The position numbers and the translations under genes are program-made. Below are positions 43,654 through 52,987 of a stretch of 64,000 bases of DNA, piece by piece. This stretch comes from Candidatus Amunia macphersoniae (GTDB lineage Bacteria > Chloroflexota > Dormibacteria > Aeolococcales > Aeolococcaceae): contig JAEKNN010000005.1 of the NCBI GenBank assembly GCA_016464795.1, positions 65,483 to 129,482 of the forward strand, given 5' to 3'. The notes under the pieces are model-generated. The model worked only from the letters and a program-made list of their open reading frames with translations. It was not told the origin of the DNA and made no database searches. Positions within the stretch are counted from its first letter, which is position 1. Each line of letters starts with the position of its first letter.

Positions 43654-44508
43654 TCAGGCTGAGTCGTCCTCAGCACGCTGGCTCGCCGATCCGGTGTGGC
43701 GCACCTTCAGGGGCGGACCGCCTGGGGCTGCCTGGATCGTCCAGAAGTCGGCGGCGAGGCCCCCGTCCAGCATGTACGCGTACGGCATGTACCCGTAGCC
43801 CGCGTCGCCCCACCCCGCGCCCCAGGAGTTGCGGATCGTGAACGCCTGACGTGCATCGTCGTAGCCGACGCAGACCACCGCGTGACCACCGACAGGGCTC
43901 TCCGACGGCTGCGGCAGCGGGATGATCCCGGTGGTGGCGACATCGGTCGCCTCGAATGAGCTGAACACCGTGAACCCGAAGACGAATGGGAACTCGGACG
44001 CCAGGCACGTCTTCAGCTGCACCAGTGACTGAGTGACCCGCTGGTAGCTGCCAACGCTCTCGTGCAGCGCGTCGGTGTAGGCCTGTTGCGGTGGGCGCTC
44101 GGCGAACTTGGTGACGTCGTACGGCCAGTCGGACTCCGGGCAGACGCCGTCGGCCGCGATCACCTTGATGCCGTCGCGCAGCTGCGCACCACTGTCGCTG
44201 CTGACGGTGCCCTCCACGTCGCGCTCGTTGTAATAGATGAAGAGGCGCGAGGGCGTCCAGCTCGGCGAGGTCCCGGTGCGGATCTCGTCGTACTCGAGCG
44301 CCCCGGCAATGGCGTTGGCAGTACACGAGCCGAGCTGGCCCTGGTCATACACCCCGGGACATTGCCGGCGCAGGTCGACCGATGTGGGGAGCTGAGCCGA
44401 GGCCAGGGGAGGAGCCAGCCACTGGCGGTCACGGTGGTCGGGGAGGTCGCGGACCCACCCGTATCGGGCAGTCTTCACGACCACGGATTCTGCGCGCTCG
44501 CCGGCCAT
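43654..44508 (-). CDS. Papain-like (C1A family) cysteine peptidase, no obvious signal peptide
   Basis: Gln/Cys block QGQLGSCTANA, His block GGHAVVCVGYDD, Asn block NSWGAGWGDAGYGYM. Confidence 0.8.
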   Translation of the reverse strand: MAGERAESVVVKTARYGWVRDLPDHRDRQWLAPPLASAQLPTSVDLRRQCPGVYDQGQLGSCTANAIAGALEYDEIRTGTSPSWTPSRLFIYYNERDVEGTVSSDSGAQLRDGIKVIAADGVCPESDWPYDVTKFAERPPQQAYTDALHESVGSYQRVTQSLVQLKTCLASEFPFVFGFTVFSSFEATDVATTGIIPLPQPSESPVGGHAVVCVGYDDARQAFTIRNSWGAGWGDAGYGYMPYAYMLDGGLAADFWTIQAAPGGPPLKVRHTGSASQRAEDDSA

Positions 44509-44763
44509 CTTGGGTGCCGGCCGCCGAGGTGCTACGCTCGGCCGACCCGCACTCGACGCACGTAGTCATGAGGTTCGTTCTTGCCCACGCGCACACCCAG
44601 CGCTCGCACTCGCCGGACGTCGACAGCGTCGGCCCCCAAGGCCGCGACCGCCGCGACCAACCGGCAGAAAGCGGCGAGCACGTCCGCGAGCTCCACCGCC
44701 GGCGAGACCGGTGCCGGCGCCAATGGCGCCAGACCGCGCCGCCGGAGCAGCGCGCATCGCTGG

Positions 44764-47403
44764 GTGTACCTCTTCGAGGATGGTGACGCCTCGATGCGGG
44801 ACCTTCTCGGCGGCAAGGGTGCGGGCGTTGCCGAGATGACCCGCGCCGGGCTTCCCGTCCCGCCTGGCTTCACCATCACCACCCAGGCCTGCAACGCCTT
44901 CTACGAGAGTGGACAGACGTTTCCCGACGGCATGTGGAAGCAGGTGCTCACCGCGCTCACCGAGACCGAGCGCAAGACGGGCAAGGGGTTCGGCGACCCG
45001 CGCAATCCATTGCTGGTGAGCGTGCGCAGCGGTGCCAAGTTCTCGATGCCGGGGATGATGGACACCGTCCTCAACCTCGGTCTCAACGCCGAGACTCTCC
45101 GCGGGCTGGCCGCGCTCACCGGCGACGAGCGTTTTGCCAAGGACGCCTACCGTCGCTTCATCCAGCTTTTCAGCAAGATCGTGCTCGGCATCGACGGTGA
45201 CCTGTTCGAGCACGAGCTCGACGCTGTCAAGCGACAGACCAAGGCGGGCACCGACGCCGACCTCACGCCCGCCGCCCTCGATCAGGTGATCGAGCGCTAC
45301 CGCGTGCTGGTGCGCGCGCACGCCGGGATCGAGTTCCCGGAAGACCCGATGGACCAGCTGCGCCAGGCGATTGGCGCGGTGTTCTCGTCCTGGAACAACA
45401 AGCGGGCCACTGACTACCGCAACTTCAACAAGATCCCCCACGACCTCGGCACTGCCGTCAACGTGCAGTCGATGGTCTTCGGCAACATGGGCGATGACTC
45501 CGGCACCGGGGTCGCCTTCACACGTGATCCGTCCACGGGTGAGCACGTGCTCTACGGCGAATACCTCACCAACGCCCAGGGGGAGGACGTGGTGGCCGGA
45601 ATCCGCACCCCCCGGCCGATCAGCGCCATGGCCGAGGACCTGCCCGCGGCGTACAAGCAGTTCGCCACCATCGCCAAGCGGCTCGAGAAGCACTATCGCG
45701 ATGTGCAGGACATGGAGTTCACCATCGAGCGCGGGCGCCTGTACATGCTGCAGACCCGCAGCGGCAAGCGCACCGCCGAGGCTGCCGTGAAGATCGCCGT
45801 CGACATGGTGCGCGAGCGGCTGATCAGCAAGCGAGAGGCGGTGCTCCGCGTCGAGCCCACCCACGTCGACCAGCTTCTGCACACCCGCCTCGACCCCGCC
45901 GCCAAGGTGGTGGTGCTCGCCACCGGCCTGGCGGCGTCGCCGGGCGCGGCGTACGGCAGGGCCGTGTTCGACGCCGACCGCGCCGAGTCCCTGGCCGCCA
46001 AGGGCGAGAGGGTGATCCTGGTGCGCATCGAGACCAATCCCGACGATGTCCACGGAATGATCGCTGCGCAGGGGGTGCTGACCGCGCGCGGCGGCCGCAC
46101 CTCCCACGCTGCTGTGGTCGCCAGAGGGATGGGCAAGCCGTGCGTTGCCGGGGCCGAGACGGTGCGCGTGGACCTCATCAAGCGACAGTTCCTGGCCGGC
46201 GGCACCACTGTCAGGGAGGGCGAGCATTTCACCCTCGACGGCAGCACCGGTCGCGTCATCGCGGGCCAGGTGGCGATGATCGACCCCGAGATCTCGGGTG
46301 AGCTGAAGGAACTGTTGCGCTGGGCTGACTCGTTCCGGCGCATGCAGGTGTGGGCCAACGGCGACTACCCGCACGACGCGGTGCTGGCTCGGGACTTCGG
46401 CGCCCAGGGCATCGGGCTCTGCCGCACCGAGCACATGTTCATGGAGCAGTCGCGGCTGCCCATCGTGCAGACCATGATCCTGGCGGAGACGGAGGCGCAG
46501 CGTCGCGCCGAGCTGGCCAAGCTGCTGCCATTCCAGCGCGACGACTTCTACGGGATCCTCAAGGCGATGAAGGGGTTGCCGGTGGTGATCCGGCTCATCG
46601 ACCCGCCGCTGCACGAGTTTCTCCCCTCACTGGAGGACCTGTTGGTGGAGGTGACCACCGCCCAGGCCAAGGGTGAGCCCGAGCGGAAGTGGAGGAAGAG
46701 CGCGCAGATGCTCGAAGCGGTGCGCCGGCTGCACGAGCAGAACCCGATGCTGGGCATGCGCGGGTGTCGCCTCGGCCTGACCTTCCCGGAGATCATCGAG
46801 ATGCAGGTGCGAGCGATCATCGAAGCGTCGGTGCGACTGCGCAAGGAGCGCGTCGACGTGCATCCCGAGATCATGATCCCGCTGGTGGGCACGCTCGAGG
46901 AGCTGCGGCGCACTCGCCGCTATCTCGAGGCAACTGTGAAGACGGTGCTCAGCGAGTCCAAGACCAAGGTCGACTACAAGTTCGGCACCATGATCGAGCT
47001 GCCCCGCGCGGCCCTGACCGCCGGCGAGATCGCCGAGGATGCGGAGTTCTTCTCCTTCGGCACCAACGATCTGACTCAGACGACGTTCGGATACTCGCGT
47101 GACGACGCCGAGGGCAAGTTCCTGCTCAGGTACGTCGAGGACAAGATCCTCCCCGCCAACCCCTTCGAGACCATCGACCGCAACGGCGTCGGCAGGCTGA
47201 TGCGGATCGCGGTGGAGGAGGGGCGGGCGACGCGTCCGGGGATGACCATCGGCATCTGCGGTGAGCACGGCGGCGATCCCGAGTCGATCGCGCTGTGCGA
47301 GGAGCTGGGGCTCGACTATGTGTCGTGCTCGCCGTATCGCGTGCCGGTGGCACGGCTGGCCGCAGCGCACGCGCGGCTGGCGGCGGTGGAGCGCGATCGC
47401 TGA
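44764..47403 (+). CDS. ppdK: Pyruvate, phosphate dikinase
   Basis: WVYLFEDGDASMRDLLGGKGAGVAEM N-terminus. Phospho-His domain GGRTSHAAVVARGMGKPCV. C-terminal PEP/pyruvate-binding TIM barrel (GLCRTEHMF, NDLTQTTFG). GTG start chosen at 44764. The N-terminal low-complexity extension in the tool ORF is probably not translated. Confidence 0.9.
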   Translation: MYLFEDGDASMRDLLGGKGAGVAEMTRAGLPVPPGFTITTQACNAFYESGQTFPDGMWKQVLTALTETERKTGKGFGDPRNPLLVSVRSGAKFSMPGMMDTVLNLGLNAETLRGLAALTGDERFAKDAYRRFIQLFSKIVLGIDGDLFEHELDAVKRQTKAGTDADLTPAALDQVIERYRVLVRAHAGIEFPEDPMDQLRQAIGAVFSSWNNKRATDYRNFNKIPHDLGTAVNVQSMVFGNMGDDSGTGVAFTRDPSTGEHVLYGEYLTNAQGEDVVAGIRTPRPISAMAEDLPAAYKQFATIAKRLEKHYRDVQDMEFTIERGRLYMLQTRSGKRTAEAAVKIAVDMVRERLISKREAVLRVEPTHVDQLLHTRLDPAAKVVVLATGLAASPGAAYGRAVFDADRAESLAAKGERVILVRIETNPDDVHGMIAAQGVLTARGGRTSHAAVVARGMGKPCVAGAETVRVDLIKRQFLAGGTTVREGEHFTLDGSTGRVIAGQVAMIDPEISGELKELLRWADSFRRMQVWANGDYPHDAVLARDFGAQGIGLCRTEHMFMEQSRLPIVQTMILAETEAQRRAELAKLLPFQRDDFYGILKAMKGLPVVIRLIDPPLHEFLPSLEDLLVEVTTAQAKGEPERKWRKSAQMLEAVRRLHEQNPMLGMRGCRLGLTFPEIIEMQVRAIIEASVRLRKERVDVHPEIMIPLVGTLEELRRTRRYLEATVKTVLSESKTKVDYKFGTMIELPRAALTAGEIAEDAEFFSFGTNDLTQTTFGYSRDDAEGKFLLRYVEDKILPANPFETIDRNGVGRLMRIAVEEGRATRPGMTIGICGEHGGDPESIALCEELGLDYVSCSPYRVPVARLAAAHARLAAVERDR

Positions 47404-47595
47404 GCACACAGGCCACACAGGTCCGCGTCCCGGTGGAGGTGGCGACGGAGCGCGTGTTGCCTCGGCAGCGGGCGCGGGTCTGACGTCGACGCCATGCACG
47501 CATCTCGCCGACGTGGCGGTCACACGTTTCGCTCCGCGCTTGAGCACGCGTGTCCGCGTCCTGCGTGAGCCTGGCGTCGAGGCCACCGGTCGCGA

Positions 47596-48291
47596 CTACG
47601 GCTCCCACACGGCGTTGTCGTGCGCGAAGACGACCCGAGCCGGGTCCATCTGATGCAGCCGCTCCATCCACGCGGGAGTGACAGGTAGCGGCTCCCCGTG
47701 GCCATCTCGTCGGGCGCGCCAGGCGAGCACGTCGGCGCTGAATGCGGTGGCCGTGTCGTGGCTCTGGCCTGCAAGCACCACCACTGTACCGTCACCGCCA
47801 CGCACCACCATCGACTGGTGGCCGCCGGTGTGCCCGGGAGTTGGCAGCAGAAGCACGCCAGGCAGCACCTCTGACTCGCCCGACAGCTCCTCGTAGAGCA
47901 CACCCGGGGCATCGATCAGATCGGGCAATGTGTAGTCCGGAGTGTGCCGGGCGGCGTCCAGCTCGATGGCCTGGGTGAAGACTGGCCGCCCCGACAGCTG
48001 CGGATTGCCGCCGCAATGGTCGAAGTGCAGATGACAGTTGGCCACCATCCGCACATGCTCCACAGCCGCCCCGCTGGCCGCCAGAGCTGCCCCCAGCGGT
48101 TGACGACGCGGCCGGTAGTGAAGATCGACCTCGGGATCATTGCCCATGCCGGTGTCGAAGAGCAGCAGCCCGTCAGGGTGGTCGACGAGATAACCGAGGC
48201 AACTCTCCACTCGTGGCGACCCAGTCCCTGTCTCCTCCGCCGGCCTCACGAAGTACCCGAAGTGCACCCGCCGAACTTGGACGTCAGCCAC
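47596..48291 (-). CDS. MBL-fold metallo-hydrolase (lactonase-like)
   Basis: HLHFDHCGG is the HxHxDH zinc motif. Downstream His/Asp ligands (TPGHTGGH, FAHD). Confidence 0.8.
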   Translation of the reverse strand: MADVQVRRVHFGYFVRPAEETGTGSPRVESCLGYLVDHPDGLLLFDTGMGNDPEVDLHYRPRRQPLGAALAASGAAVEHVRMVANCHLHFDHCGGNPQLSGRPVFTQAIELDAARHTPDYTLPDLIDAPGVLYEELSGESEVLPGVLLLPTPGHTGGHQSMVVRGGDGTVVVLAGQSHDTATAFSADVLAWRARRDGHGEPLPVTPAWMERLHQMDPARVVFAHDNAVWEP

Positions 48292-48300
48292 AACGCAAGA

Positions 48301-49047
48301 CTACTGATCGTTCCTGGGTTTCCGGTGGCTGACCCCCCGTCGGGGGAATCGCGACGACGGGTACTGTCGACCCGGTGACGTCCTGCCCTCGCCGGTGTCA
48401 GTGGGCCGCGGCCCGACGATCGCAACCTCCGAGACCGGCGTCGCATGTGGCTGACGCCGACCGCTGTCGACCGCAAGCATCGGCACGAAGATCTGCGCCA
48501 GCGGGCCGATGCCCAGCGCGTACACCACGGTCCCGATCCCCACGGTGCCACCGAGCAGCCAGCCGCACACCAGGACCGCCGCCTCGATGCACGTCCTCAC
48601 CACTCGCAGTGAATGACCGCGAACGGCCAGGCCCGTCATCAGCCCGTCGCGCGGTCCGGGACCGAGGCCGGCACCGATGTAGGCACCGGTGGCCACACCG
48701 TTGAGCCCCACACCGCCGAGCATCACCACCAGTTGCAGCGGCCAGCCGTGAGGTGCAGGGACGGTGGCGAGCATCAGGTTGATCACCAACCCGATCACCA
48801 CCACGTTGGCGACGGTGCCCAGCCCCGGACGCTGCCGCAGCGGTATCCAGAGCAGCATCACCACGGCGCCGACCACGATCGCCCAGGTGCCCACTGCCAC
48901 GCCGGTGCGCCGGGACAGGCCCTGGTGGAACACGTCCCAGGGGTCGACGCCGAGGCCGCCCAGCAACAGCATGCCATCGCTGACGCCGTAGAGCACCAAT
49001 CCTGCGGCCAGCTGAAGCAGGCGCCTGGTGCGTGGGCGAGGGAGCAT
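48301..49047 (-). CDS. YczE/YyaS/YitT-family membrane protein
   Basis: GVDPWDVFHQGLSRRTG motif and 5-6 TM helices are typical of the YczE-like family. Confidence 0.6.
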   Translation of the reverse strand: MLPRPRTRRLLQLAAGLVLYGVSDGMLLLGGLGVDPWDVFHQGLSRRTGVAVGTWAIVVGAVVMLLWIPLRQRPGLGTVANVVVIGLVINLMLATVPAPHGWPLQLVVMLGGVGLNGVATGAYIGAGLGPGPRDGLMTGLAVRGHSLRVVRTCIEAAVLVCGWLLGGTVGIGTVVYALGIGPLAQIFVPMLAVDSGRRQPHATPVSEVAIVGPRPTDTGEGRTSPGRQYPSSRFPRRGVSHRKPRNDQ

Positions 49048-49170
49048 GGCTGAGATGATGACTCCCCGGCCTTCATGTCAGGACTGGCAACAACAGAGCA
49101 CCTGCACTGGCGCAGCGGCCCCATCGCCATGGGCTACCATGATCAGGAGGCACAACTCAGGAGTCGACAC

Positions 49171-49743
49171 ATGCCCGCACCACGGGGCGCCAAACCGACA
49201 GGGGGCAGGCCCGGACGTCCGGGCAAGAAGGCAGGGCCACGCCCCGCGCGCCCACCGGCGCCGCGCGTTCCGATGCCTTCCGACGACACCGAGGATGGCA
49301 GGGCAGGCCCGCTGCGCCCGTTTCGCGGCGGTTCTGACTATCGCATCGAGTCGCCGAGCGGGCTGCGCCATGAGATTGCCGACCTCCGCATCGAGGTGCA
49401 CCGCCTCGCTGCCGAGATCGACAAGCTCTGGGCGCGGGAACGGGGTCGCGGCGTGGCCACTCCCGCCCGCACCGCGCGCAGCATTGCCGGCAAGCCGGTG
49501 CGCACCGGGACCAGAGCCTCTCGCCCCGGCGGCCGGCTGGCTCCTCCCGCGGGAGCGTCGGCCGGGCCCACGCGGCCGGCTGGAACCGGTCGGGCACCCG
49601 CGTCGCGGCCGGCGGGCTCAGGGAGCACGAGAAGCGCAGGTGCCAAGCGAACCGGGACCGGTGGCAAGCGCAGTTCTGGGTGGGCCAAGCCCAAGAGCAA
49701 GTCGCGTCGGTCGGGCACCACGCCCCCTCGTCGCGGCGGCTGA
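49171..49743 (+). CDS. Highly basic, low-complexity hypothetical protein (possible nucleic-acid-binding)
   Basis: ATG at 49171 preceded by AGGAGG. Composition is Arg/Lys/Pro/Gly-rich, with one predicted helix (LRHEIADLRIEVHRLAAEIDKLW). Confidence 0.45.
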   Translation: MPAPRGAKPTGGRPGRPGKKAGPRPARPPAPRVPMPSDDTEDGRAGPLRPFRGGSDYRIESPSGLRHEIADLRIEVHRLAAEIDKLWARERGRGVATPARTARSIAGKPVRTGTRASRPGGRLAPPAGASAGPTRPAGTGRAPASRPAGSGSTRSAGAKRTGTGGKRSSGWAKPKSKSRRSGTTPPRRGG

Positions 49744-49797
49744 CGGCGGCTGCCCCCAGCAGCGTGTGCCTGGGTCACTGCGGCTATCCTCACCCGC

Positions 49798-50064
49798 GTG
49801 GCAGAGCACGTCCGTGTCCGCAAGGTGTCGACCCGCGATGGTCGGCCGGTGATGCTCGACGACGGTCACGTGGTGGAGGGCGATGAGCTCCAGTCCCCGA
49901 CGCCGGGCATGCCCTACAGCGTGCGTCGCAGCGTGGCCGAGCACGACGATGCGCCGGACGTGTTCATGACCTCGCCCATCCGGGCGGTGATCACCGACGA
50001 CGGTGGCGCGATCATGCTGCTCACAGACAACTCTCGCTACGTGGTCGAGGTGATCGGCCGCTGA
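49798..50064 (+). CDS. DUF3107 domain protein
   Basis: C-terminal IMLLTDNSRYVVEVIG matches the DUF3107 signature. 88 aa with a GTG start. Confidence 0.55.
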   Translation: MAEHVRVRKVSTRDGRPVMLDDGHVVEGDELQSPTPGMPYSVRRSVAEHDDAPDVFMTSPIRAVITDDGGAIMLLTDNSRYVVEVIGR

Positions 50065-50136
50065 TGAGGCGGCGGAGAGCACTGGAATCGCCTACCCTTA
50101 CGTCGCAAGCTGATCTCCTCGGTTGATGACTTCCAC

Positions 50137-51486
50137 ATGTCCGACCACGTGACCAACAACGACGAGCCGTATCTCCTCGTTGAGGAGGTCGCGAAACGAC
50201 TTGGCCTTCCGCTGTCGGTGCTGTTGCGTCGCGTGGAGGCAGGTGACGTGCCCTCGAAGCGTGTCGAGCGCGACGACGGAACCCACTATGCCCTGCGACT
50301 CAGTGACCTCGGCATCGACACCGATGACCTCACATCGGCTGTGGGCGGTGACGAGGACGACGAAGCGGATCCCATCAGCCTCTTCGACACCTCGAGCTCG
50401 GGGGCACGGGAGCGCGAGGGACTCGACATCGCCGATGTCGCGGCCTGGCTCCGCGAAGCCGATGACCTCGCCGCGCCTCAGCAGGAGGTCGCGGGTCAGC
50501 GGGAGCTCGATTCTGCTGCCCGCGCAACCGAGCCGAGCGGGTCGTCCCCTGGCTGGGCTGAGCGGGTCCCCGCGGACGTCGCGTCGCCATCTGAGGAGGC
50601 CCAACCAGCCTGGGAGGACCCGGAGGACGCCTGGCGAAGTGGCCACACTTGGCCGCCCCAGCAGCCGGGCTCGCCGCCGCCGTCGTCTCGCCCGCTCGAG
50701 CCCCAGCAGCCGCCCGCATGGATCATCCCCCAGGCGCCGGCTGAAAGCGTCGTCGGCCCGGCACTTGCCCAGCCGCGACCCAGGTCGCTGTTCGACACCC
50801 CGGGGACGGATGCTGCGGGTGACCGGGAGTCGCAGGCGGAACCCGCGGAGGCGCACACGGCGGCACGGTCCACGTCGGAGCAGCCCTCAGCCGAGCAGGC
50901 CACAGAAGAGTCGCCTGCGGACGAAGCGCCGGCAGCCCAGCCGGGCGCTCCCAGGCCTCCAGAAGACGAGCGGCAGCACGCGCCGGCGGCACATGCCGGC
51001 CCCCACGACGACGCCCAGAGCACCGCCGATCACCAGGCGGTGGTTCCCGAGCTGGCGATGCCCGACCGACGCCGCGATCCCGCTCGTGGACTCTTCGATG
51101 CGGCGGCCGGCACATCGCGGAACGACCTGTCGTCGATGTCCTTGGACGCGCGAGACCTGGTCGCCGGTTTGCTCGACCGATGGGAGCGCACCCTGGAGCA
51201 GCGCATCTACACCGAGCAGCGGCAACGCTTCCAGGGTGAGCTGATGGCCCGCCAGAACATGGTCAAGCAGCTGCAGATGGAGCTTCAGACGGCCCGCGCG
51301 GAGCACGCCGCGGCCCAGGCGGAGAAGGACCGCGCTCTCGCCGAGAAGGAGCGTGAACTGGCTGAGCGCGAGCGTGACCTGGCCCACTCGCGGCGTCTCG
51401 CTGACGACCAGGGGCGACCGGTGGCGCCGGTGGCAGCTGCCGCATTGCGCCGGCGCCGCTGGTTCCGAGCCCGCGGCGACGACTGA
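50137..51486 (+). CDS. Hypothetical protein with an N-terminal helix-turn-helix (excisionase/MerR-like HTH_17) domain, a long acidic disordered region and a C-terminal coiled coil
   Basis: YLLVEEVAKRLGLPLSVLLRRVEAGDVPSKRV is an HTH. A Glu/Asp/Pro/Ala-rich low-complexity middle section. A heptad-rich C-terminus (ELQTARAEHAAAQAEKDRALAEKERELAERERDLA). Confidence 0.5.
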   Translation: MSDHVTNNDEPYLLVEEVAKRLGLPLSVLLRRVEAGDVPSKRVERDDGTHYALRLSDLGIDTDDLTSAVGGDEDDEADPISLFDTSSSGAREREGLDIADVAAWLREADDLAAPQQEVAGQRELDSAARATEPSGSSPGWAERVPADVASPSEEAQPAWEDPEDAWRSGHTWPPQQPGSPPPSSRPLEPQQPPAWIIPQAPAESVVGPALAQPRPRSLFDTPGTDAAGDRESQAEPAEAHTAARSTSEQPSAEQATEESPADEAPAAQPGAPRPPEDERQHAPAAHAGPHDDAQSTADHQAVVPELAMPDRRRDPARGLFDAAAGTSRNDLSSMSLDARDLVAGLLDRWERTLEQRIYTEQRQRFQGELMARQNMVKQLQMELQTARAEHAAAQAEKDRALAEKERELAERERDLAHSRRLADDQGRPVAPVAAAALRRRRWFRARGDD

Positions 51487-52942
51487 TCCAGCGCCGCTGG
51501 GGCCGAGCCCGCCGCGTATTGCGGCGGCCGGGGCACGCTACCGAAGCGCCGCTGGGCGCTGGATCATCGCGGCCACAGTTCTCGGCTCCGGTGTGGCATT
51601 CCTCGACTCCACTGTGGTCAACGTGGCGCTGCCGACCGTGGCCCGTGACCTGCACAGCGGGCTCACCGACCTGCAATGGATCTCGGACGCCTACCTCCTG
51701 ACCCTCGGAGCGCTGATCGTCCTGGGAGGCTCGCTTGGCGACCGGTTCGGCCGGCGCCGGGTCTTCGTCTTCGGGCTGACGTCCTTCACCGCCGCGTCCG
51801 TGATCTGCGGTTTGGCGCCGAACACCCTGGTGTTGATCGTCGCCCGGGCGTTGCAGGGGGTCGGCGGCGCCCTTCTGGTACCGGGCAGCCTGGCGATCAT
51901 CTCGGCATGCTTCGTGGCGGAGGACCGGTCGCGCGCGGTTGGGCTGTGGTCGGGGATGAGCGGGGTGACCACCGCCGCGGCACCATTCATCGGGGGCTGG
52001 CTGGTGGATTCGGTGTCTTGGCGAGCCATCTTCTTCATCAACGTGCCGCTCGCCGCGGGCGCCGTCGCTGTGGCTCTGCGGCACGTGCCCGAGACCCGAG
52101 ACGAGTCGGCCACCGGAAGCATCGACGCGGTCGGGGCGATCACCATCTCGGTGGGTCTCGCCGGGCTTGTCTACGCGCTCATCGGAGGCCCGGGGAACGG
52201 ATGGTCGGCGCCGACGGTGCTGGCGGGCATCGTCGGCGCGGTCCTGCTGCTGGCCTTCCCGCTGATCGAGCTGCGCCGTCGCAACCCGATGATCCCGATG
52301 GGCATCTTCGTGTCCAGGCAGTTCAGCGGCGCCAACCTCACCACCTTCGCGGTCTACGCGGCACTCTCGGCGACCGCGTTCCTGCTGGTGCTGCACCTCC
52401 AGCAGGACCTGCGCTACTCGGCTCTCCAGGCCGGCCTCGCCTTTCTCCCCGCATCGGTGCTGCTGATCCTGCTCTCGTCGCGGGCCGGAGCGCTGGCGCA
52501 ACGCATCGGCGCCCAGTTGCCGATGACCGTCGGTCCCATCGTGGCCGCGGCGGGCCTGCTGCTGCTCGGCGGCATCCGTCCCCACGATTCGTATCTCACC
52601 GCCATCCTCCCCGGCGTGCTGGTGTTCGGTGCCGGGCTGACGCTGACGGTCGCCCCGCTGACCGCGGCAGTGATGGCCGCCGTGGGCGCGCGCCATCTGG
52701 GGGTGGGCTCGGCGATCAACAACGCCACGGCGCGAATCGGCGGCCTCCTGGCAGTGGCGGTCGTGCCGGCACTGGCGGGGCTGACCGCCGCCTCGTCGCA
52801 CCTCGCCGGGGTGTCGCTCACCGACGGGTTCACCGCCGCCATGCGCATCTCCGCGGGGTTGCTGGTGGCCGGCGGCCTGATGGCCGCGCTGACCATACGC
52901 AGGGTGCCGCCCGCGCCTGAGCGGACGGGTGCAGCAGCCTGA
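51374..52942 (+). CDS. MFS transporter, DHA2-like (14-TM drug:H+ antiporter family); start codon uncertain
   Basis: LDSTVVNVALPTVARDL, GSLGDRFGRRRVF, LQGVGGALLVPGSLAIIS motifs. 14 predicted TM helices. The only in-frame ATG/GTG/TTG codons upstream of TM1 lie inside the preceding gene. Confidence 0.75.
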   Translation: MTWPTRGVSLTTRGDRWRRWQLPHCAGAAGSEPAATTDPAPLGPSPPRIAAAGARYRSAAGRWIIAATVLGSGVAFLDSTVVNVALPTVARDLHSGLTDLQWISDAYLLTLGALIVLGGSLGDRFGRRRVFVFGLTSFTAASVICGLAPNTLVLIVARALQGVGGALLVPGSLAIISACFVAEDRSRAVGLWSGMSGVTTAAAPFIGGWLVDSVSWRAIFFINVPLAAGAVAVALRHVPETRDESATGSIDAVGAITISVGLAGLVYALIGGPGNGWSAPTVLAGIVGAVLLLAFPLIELRRRNPMIPMGIFVSRQFSGANLTTFAVYAALSATAFLLVLHLQQDLRYSALQAGLAFLPASVLLILLSSRAGALAQRIGAQLPMTVGPIVAAAGLLLLGGIRPHDSYLTAILPGVLVFGAGLTLTVAPLTAAVMAAVGARHLGVGSAINNATARIGGLLAVAVVPALAGLTAASSHLAGVSLTDGFTAAMRISAGLLVAGGLMAALTIRRVPPAPERTGAAA

Positions 52943-52987
52943 GGACGTGGTCGCCGGTGGCCGGCGGGACCGCCCTACCATCGTGGG

